From positions 514,362-578,361 of the forward strand of contig NW_005434628.1 of assembly GCF_000315625.1 (NCBI RefSeq): a stretch of 64,000 nucleotides of DNA, read 5' to 3'. This DNA comes from Guillardia theta CCMP2712. Its lineage: Eukaryota; Protista; Cryptophyta. This document shows positions 58,122 to 64,000 of this stretch, in pieces. How positions within the stretch are numbered: position 1 is the first letter of the stretch; each line of letters starts with the position of its first letter. Below the pieces are notes generated by a model. The model did no database searches. It was not told the DNA's origin and saw nothing but the letters and a program-made list of their open reading frames with translations. A program made the translations under genes and the position numbers.

Positions 58122-58444
58122 TCTGAAAAGAACAGTCATTCTTGCAAGATATCAAGGTAGGGTGACAAGACAAATGGATGAAATGAAACATGTGATATTT
58201 GATGAGTTGATTGAAATTCAAAAACATTGTGCTTACGTTTCCAAACAAAAAATGATGAGTGTGCTTGTACAACAGTTTTGTTCAACAATGATATTGTATT
58301 GGAATGCTGCCCTCACTCTTTCACCTTTGACACGGTTGTCCGTCTGATCTCGCTCTTATTTGTCTACCTCTACAAGCTGTTTGTGATAAACTTATAGCTC
58401 AGGACTGTAGAAGGGTTTAGGGTTTGCCCGTGTATTTCAGGCAC

Positions 58445-59116
58445 TATGGCTCCGCGCCAGGTGTAGGGGAAGCCGCCAGGGCGCGGAGGAAGCTGCAAGC
58501 AAAGGTTTGGTATAGTTCAAACAGCCTTCTAAGTTTGGTTTTTCAGTTTGATGAAAGTGTTCGCAACCTGCTGTATCGGAGATCATGCCAATACACGCAG
58601 GGGAGCTTGTAGATGCCTCGACGGTCCTCGTAGCTGATCTGGTCGAGGATGCACCCCAACGGCTATCGCAAAAGCCATACGCTCGACATGTCAGCAGGCA
58701 CGACGTGTTACACTCTCTGGATGCGATGGAGTGACGCATCCAGATAGTGGTTTATGCAGCAGATGAAGGAAGCCAAGAAGCAGAAGGTCGAGACATACAC
58801 TGCCACAGCAGGCAACGAGGTGACTTCCTTCATCTCCATGACTCTCCTGGGTATCTCCTCGGTGTATGTCAACCACGAAGAGAAGCTGAAGAAGAAGTTC
58901 CGAAGAGATCGGACTGATCGTAGACTCAGTGCAAGAGAGTAAAGCGATCATGTGGAAGGCTCCGTATCACGGCATAGATCCGAGATAGCGAGTGCTGATG
59001 AGATCCCGGTGACTGTTTCCTTCCTCCGCAATGCACAAGCGGAGAAGCTCTGGCAGGGAAGAGAGGACTTCAAGATCGACGGTCGCAAGTTCACCGTACG
59101 GTCCGCCGTGCCGTGA
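58445..59116 (+). pseudogene. Frameshifted coding relic ending in an RRM-like segment
   Basis: Segments in different frames: ISMTLLGISSVYVNHEEKLKKK, EIGLIVDSVQESK, and IPVTVSFLRNAQAEKLWQGREDFKIDGRKFTVRSAVP*. Confidence 0.3.
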
Positions 59117-59690
59117 CTCCGATCACTCGATGATGTCATCAATTCGAGCCTGCCGAGCTCGGAGCCAAGAGAGTGCAGTATGTCAAAGTGTAACTTGCAG
59201 ACATCATATTTGAAGGCAATGCCTTCAGCCTGGCAGTCATCAGGGTTGTCACACATCCTTTTCTTCTTCGTGTGTGGAGAGAGCGACACAGAGAGCGACA
59301 CTGGAAATCACACACACAGGCGGACTCCGAGTCAGCCGCTGAGCGGCCCGGAGTCACTCAGAGTCACACTGCCAGGCTGACTCACGTTGGCAGGCCTAAA
59401 AGTTCCGAGGGTATCCGTTACAACAATTTATTGTAACGGCGGTCCGATGGTCTCGCCGAGGAACGTGCCCTACCCCACCCGGGTCGAACCCATCACATTG
59501 ATTATTCAGTGGGTGGGTGGGGGTGAGAGGAAAAGGTTTTATGGAATCTGTCTAGTGGGTAGGGTGATCATCACACCGGTCAATTACAGTCAACTAAAAG
59601 GTCTGGCACAAGGGTGGGTGTTTTGAGTTGGGATCCTTGAAACCGTGCAAAGTCGTATGAGAGGGTAGGGTCGTCGAGGAAGAACGAGCC

Positions 59691-60453
59691 ATGGCGGTGA
59701 TCAAATCAACAGGAGTCGACGTGCGAAACCTGATGTACAGGATGGTATTCCGACGAACATCCACGACCCTCATCTTCGTGATGGGTGAGTATACCGACCC
59801 ATGCTTTTGTTGTATGCCGCTTTGTCCATCTCAATCGCGTGAACTTGTTCATTTTCCTAACGCCTCTGCTTGCTTCCACGCATGCAGCCACACCTGCATG
59901 TAACCAATCCCCTTAGTTTTCTTAAAATGCTTTCGAACTCTTTTGAGATTTTGTTACACGATTCATCTCTACCCTGATCGTCTTCCTTTCCAAGCGTCCC
60001 CCCCTCTCTCCCTCGCTCTTTTTGTCTTAGTATTCATGAATTTGGAAAATTGAGACTGAATGATCAATCAATTGTGCTGTATTATTCATCATTACGTTTT
60101 GCTTGCAATTGCAACTTTCAACAAAATCAAGAAAAGCTCTTGTGATGACGTGCATGAAAAAGCTCCGATTGGGCATAGGACATCGTGTAGCACATGGTCT
60201 TGAAGATTGATTTAATGTAGATTGTTGTTTTATCAGTGCACCAGATGCTTGCACTGGCTTTACGTTTGGGCAACCCGTATTGATATTTCACAGGTGGAGC
60301 AATCGCAGGAGAATGGGCATTGAATAAGGTATTTGATGATCTCTGGGAGAGAGCCAACAAGGGGGTGAGACGCTCCAAAGCATTTGTGATGATACCTTAT
60401 CAATTCATTCTCAGAAATTGGCGCATCATCAACCGTGGTTTCAAGCCAAGTAG
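59691..60453 (+). CDS. QCR9: Cytochrome b-c1 complex subunit 9 (3 exons)
   Basis: Spliced product MAVIKSTGVDVRNLMYRMVFRRTSTTLIFVMG|GAIAGEWALNKVFDDLWERANKG|KLAHHQPWFQAK* matches the Y...FRRTS....G....E......D..W...N.GKL family pattern. Confidence 0.88.
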
Positions 60454-60679
60454 TCTTTTCAATCTTATGGCTTAGCGGTATGCACTTCACTTCTCGCAAT
60501 AAACGACGATTTGTCTGGGAGTTTCTTTGCTTCTGATTTTTCCCAAACTAAGTCTTCCCATATTTTGCCATGTTTAATATGTTGTTGTGACGTGAAGCCA
60601 CCATTATTCCATCCAAAAAAAATTGGTTTAAAGTCAATAGTTAAAGTATAGTAAGGTTTATGCTAGTAACAGGAGCTCG

Positions 60680-63600
60680 TACAAGCTTACAATCCTTCGT
60701 CCATGTCATGCACAGAGCTGGGTGTCTGAAAGCTCGCAAATTAGCAGCTCTCAACAGCATACAGTCACCACACCTGCTTGGAAGATTCTGAGGATTGAGC
60801 GCGGCTGAAATCGAAGAGAGAAGCAGGAAGGAATCGCTGAAATACACCGAGGACAAGCGAAACGGAACCTGAAAGCTATCTCAACACAACCAACGACAGA
60901 TAGCCACTCCGCATCTACCAATGGCAAGGCACAGAACCCAATCATATACGTCAATTGGAACTGTTCGGAAAACTTGTCCTCCATAGTTGACAGACAAGAC
61001 CTACAAACCGCCATGCCTATGATATTGAGAAGCTCGGTTGCAATTGTGTTACCTGGACAATGGCGCAGAAAGTCCAGATTCCAACAAAAATAGGATTCTT
61101 CAGAACTCCATCAATCATATTGAGCTCGTTGTAAATCCGGCGGCAGTTAATTTCGTTAAAAAGCTGTAGAGATTGAGGCTACATTTTCTTCAATTCAAAG
61201 CATCACCTGCATCCAAACAAACGAGTTGTAGATCACAGTATCTCTGTAATTTCCGTTCGTGTTCTTTCCTTGTCCATTGGGCTACATCTTGATTTCACAA
61301 ACAAGAAGGACAAACAGAACCATTCATACCAACAGCGGAACACATCCAGGCACCTTGGAATCTGAATGCTCGGAAAAATTAGTACATTTGAGGATAACAA
61401 ACAGAATCACCGTTGGTGCAATCTACCAAGAAAGAAGCTCCAGCCCAAAGCAATGAAAGCTGAATGACCAGTTGAAAGATGGACTGAATGTTCTCAGTAA
61501 GAGGATCTCTTGATATGTCACGGTGTTTGGCAACCTGAACTGTGATATTTCGCCACATGTACGAGTTGAGCAGTTTGTCGTTCCTTCCATATGGCTTTCC
61601 TGTTGAAGACGTCTGAGAACGATGAATGCATTACAGATGTAATTACTGTCAAGTAGATCTGGGGTTGGTTCTTCTGTTGCCAATGCTAGTGCTCCGAATG
61701 TGTCCATGATCAAATTCACCCACAAGAGCTATTGACTGAGTCAGAACACTCGTTGCAGCACAATCATATTGTCATGAACCTGAACTGGCTTCAAAGGAGT
61801 GCCAAAACCAGTCACAGCGCCGACCATACAGATTCCAAGGGCGACGACATTCACCTTGTCACCTTGTCAACATTAAATGCTTTTCATGAGAAACGTACCG
61901 TCAGCTGAAATTGCAAAAATCGTCTAATATTATCATAGACTGAGCGTCCCCACATAACCGACTAAATGAACAAATAGCATTACATGAATAGAAGTAGAAA
62001 TGATCGTGCACTACCTTCTCGATGGATGAGAAATTGTCGTCCATGATTACTATATCGGAAGCCTGATGGACAAAGCTTGAGTTCACGACTTTGAGCTTCA
62101 ACACGACCTCTTGCGCAACAGCCGTTCCCGAGATTCCCATGGACAGGCCGACATCCGCTTCCTTGAGAGCTAACGAATTCTTAAGTTCCAATTTGAAACT
62201 TTTTGCAAGTAAGTTGAACCTGGAGCATCATTGGTGCCATCTCCTGTGACAGCAACGACCTTTCGAATACATCTCTTACTGTCTAAATGTCGAGGAGAAC
62301 ATAACTTACCTCTCCCATCTCCTTCAACCTTTGCACAAGAGTGAATTTATCCTGAGGACTGCATCGCGCCAAAACCTTTCAATCAAGTAACCATCAGTGA
62401 ACGACTGTAGAGCCAAGGAAGAACCTGAAGGGTTTGGATTTCGCCGTTGGGAAGTTCTTTCACTTGAAGAGCTTCTCGTTGTACCTGAGAAGGAAAACAA
62501 AGTGAATTCATTCGTGGGTAAATTCTGAATCAAAACCTCTGGAGAAAGCCTACGGAACATGGGCCCTTCCATGGCAGTCCCTTCCATCGTCAGGATTCCA
62601 CATTCCTGAGGATAAAGAATGAGGATTATTGTACAAGCGTCAACACCTAGGACCTTGGCAATGTTCTTTGCAGTGAGCAAACTATCGCCAGTGCACATTC
62701 TCACGACGATACCTTGGAAAAAAGTCCTCTTCAGAAGAAATTTCGCAGGACATGGACAGTAGGCACCAGCTCGTCGACATTTCTTCACAGCATCCGTTAC
62801 TTCCTTCCTAAGTGGATCTTTGATTCCGCAGATACATACGCAAACCAGCTCCTTTTCCAACGCGTCCGAACCCTCTGCATATCTAAAGCAGGTGTAAACC
62901 TTTACCGTACACTCTCAGAGAGAATTTACGTTGGTATCGCTTCATTTTCAGCAAGCTCTCTATATGCGCATGTTAAGGTTCTCAATCCCTGAATGCAATT
63001 GTAAGGTAGTCAAAGTCATGAAAAAATTACCTGTGAAGCCATCTTTGAAATATATTGCATTACTCGTCCCCGAAGCTCATCCGGAAATGGCTTTACAACT
63101 CCATCATGATCGACATACTTGTCACAAATTTGCAACATAACTTCTGATGCACCCTTCGTGAATAGCCTCTTTTTTTCACCATTCTGGACGATCGTGCTCA
63201 TTCTTTTCTTCAAAGATGAAAACGGATAAGAACGAACAACAGGATACTTATCTCTGATTGAACGATAATCTAATCCAAGAGTGCGAAGGAAAAAAAGAAG
63301 TGCTCCTTCTGTTTTGTTGCCGATGATTGTCGGGTTACCACGTTTGCCATCAATTCCAATGTTTGCCTTCGAGTTACAGGCGATCGACTCAGCAATAATG
63401 CTGACTGCGTTGGTTGACAATGCCGGGCCAGGTCCAGCTGGATTGGGCAAGTCGCCTTCACTTGCCCATCCAGCGAAGTACCCATCGGTCACAGTCATTT
63501 GATTCTGTGTCAACGTCCCTGTCTTGTCCGAGCAGATATTGGTACAACCTCCCATTGTTTCGCAAGCGGCCATCACTCTCACCAGATTCTTGTCCCTTTG

Positions 63601-64000
63601 CATCTTCTTCACTGAGTACGCAAGTGCAATGGTAACTGCAAGTGGTAGCCCTTCAGGCACTGCGACCACTATGATGGTAACTGAATCGATGAAAAAGCTA
63701 ACAAGATCTTTCAGTTTGACGAAATTCCAGTTTTGAAACGAAGTCATCCAGAAGCATCGATATTTCCCAACTACTGTATTGACACATTGAATTTTGTCAT
63801 TGAGGCCGGGATAACCCAATTGGCAATTCTCTCGAGGAGAGGGATTTCCAGCATCATCGGGATAGAAGCAAGTCTCTCTTCCCAAATCGATAAACCATAT
63901 GACCAACTGGGCAAGAAAACACAAAATTGCCACTAATGTGCCCATCTTACCAATATCCTCTGCCAGGACAGTCAATTTCTCTTGCAATGGTGTTTCATCC
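60680..64000 (-). CDS. P-type IIB (PMCA/ACA-like) Ca2+-ATPase, 3' portion; the gene continues beyond the window
   Basis: [103 protein letters not shown] and LWVNLIMDT. 3' end approximate. Confidence 0.96.

Noticed and set aside
58412-58426. Telomere-like GGGTTTAGGGTTT (telo-box)
   Set aside because: Fewer than two full TTTAGGG units and a single occurrence; cannot be distinguished from chance.

Overview
Eukaryotic nuclear DNA, gene-dense, with many short (~45-60 nt) GT-AG introns and microsatellite-rich introns. A bipartite signal+Phe plastid-targeting presequence, an RWP-RK factor and a Shewanella-like phosphatase suggest an alga with a red secondary plastid, most like a cryptophyte (Guillardia-type); the taxon is inferred. 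Recognisable genes: 3' end of an SDR-like gene, a plastid-targeted Hsp70 with only the ATPase domain, a membrane-anchored alpha/beta-hydrolase lacking its nucleophile Ser, TMEM165/GDT1, a PH-domain protein, a TMTC-type O-mannosyltransferase, an RWP-RK factor, a coiled-coil/PDZ protein, a GDA1/CD39 apyrase, a Pro/Gln-rich protein, EBP2, an SLP phosphatase, QCR9 and the 3' part of a P2B Ca2+-ATPase. The accessory region (~37-56 kb) holds a very large, disrupted Cys-rich type I membrane protein locus. It contains 10 near-identical 270-nt EGF exon cassettes separated by minisatellite-bearing introns, a ~1.28-kb triplicated GCC2/GCC3 block and an upstream C-type lectin ORF. It is followed by a decayed, internally deleted Crypton-type tyrosine-recombinase transposon that the ORF track does not reveal. 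GGCC/CCGG palindrome islands mark many gene 5' ends. Exon boundaries were read by eye and are approximate unless stated.
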